From positions 1 through 35,810 of the forward strand of contig JAPSGB010000044.1 of the NCBI GenBank assembly GCA_035063585.1: a stretch of DNA of 35,810 nt, written 5' to 3'. The translations under genes and the position numbers were made by a program. The notes below the pieces were generated by a model. That model made no database searches, was not told the DNA's origin, and was given only the letters and a program-made list of their open reading frames with translations. Shown here piece by piece: positions 35,239-35,810 of this stretch (positions are counted from its first letter, which is position 1; every line of letters begins with the position of its first letter). This stretch comes from Polyangiaceae bacterium (GTDB lineage: Bacteria; Myxococcota_A; Polyangia; Polyangiales; Polyangiaceae).

Positions 35239-35691
35239 TCAGTGATTCCCGAAGGGCACGTCGGGCGAGAGCGGGAAATCCACGGGCGCGCCATTCAGCC
35301 GGTTACCGGAGGCGCGTCCGCGGGTGTCCTCGAAGAGATACGGGAAGAGCCCTTCGTATTCGACCTCATTGCCCGTGAGCTCGAGGCAGGAGAGTTGCTC
35401 GCTGATGAAGCGGTAGCCGCGCATCCGGTTGCGGGAGATCTCGAGCCGACCGACCCGAGCGAGGTTGATGCCGCCGCCCTCGATCACGTTGTCCTCGATG
35501 ACGTTCGCGCCGTGCTCGCGCTCGTTCCCGAACGCATAGTTGACGATACCGCTATCGCCGTTCGAGCTGCCGACCGTGATGGTGATGACGTTGCGGCTGA
35601 TGACCTGATCGGTCTTGTCCGAATGGAAGATGATGGGGCCGTCCGTCTACCGCTCCGAGAGCCCGGTCTGGTCCATCGTGTTGTCGATGAG
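35239..35691 (-). pseudogene. 5'-truncated right-handed beta-helix protein with an in-frame stop
   Basis: The frame reads LIDNTMDQTGLSER*TDGPIIFHSD…ISRNVI…IEDNVIEGGG…ISRNRM…LTGNEV…ASGNRL, with TAG at 35647-35649. It is cut at 35691 by the terminal repeat. Confidence 0.7.
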
Positions 35692-35810
35692 CTGAGGGAT
35701 CCCCGCATCTGGCGCGAGAATTTTCGTAGGCGGGTTGAATCCATCGGCGGGGGACGCGTCCAACGCGCATGACCCAGACCACGACCAGCAAGCGCCCCTC
35801 CCACGGCCCT
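35692..35810 (+). mobile_element. Terminal repeat, probable end of the same multicopy IS as at 1-120
   Basis: Exact reverse complement of 2-120; ATG at 35769 opens MTQTTTSKRPSHGP, which runs off the window. Confidence 0.6.

Noticed and set aside
1..35810. Linear plasmid or phage with terminal inverted repeats
   Set aside because: The content is chromosomal housekeeping (rnc, coaD, trmL, cdnL, thiolase) with no replication, terminal-protein or capsid genes. The repeats cut genes and contain an ORF running off the ends.

Overview
A very GC-rich chromosomal segment, most consistent with a myxobacterium (Myxococcota, Polyangiales-like). This is inferred from a MYXO-CTERM-type tail, a CarD/CdnL gene, an AgmX/PglI-type domain and many Cys/Gly-rich lipoproteins. 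The backbone carries housekeeping and envelope genes: trmL, rnc, a PPIase, an orphan DNA methyltransferase, carD/cdnL, ppx/gppA, an ompA/motB-like gene, a histone-like protein, an MMPL transporter, an HNH nuclease, coaD, an S1 protease, a site-2 protease, an orphan FliH/SctL, an MBL hydrolase, a VWA lipoprotein and a thiolase. Both ends are the same 119-bp sequence in inverted orientation (2-120 and 35692-35810). It is probably one end of a multicopy IS, and each copy abuts a truncated gene. The 24.0-29.8 kb region is a mobile-element graveyard with IS110, IS3 and phage-like scraps. It also holds a 3.0-kb IS66-bounded non-autonomous element carrying an intact REC-GGDEF diguanylate cyclase and a broken peptidase gene between two copies of the tnpC 3' end. 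Unexplained non-coding signals are an extensively base-paired ~290-nt region after the histone-like gene, a ~240-nt cdnL leader behind a near-consensus sigma70 promoter, and a 36-bp exact direct repeat with a 34-bp spacer upstream of the MMPL gene. All family calls come from motif recognition by eye, without database searches. I cannot demonstrate a new system from sequence alone.
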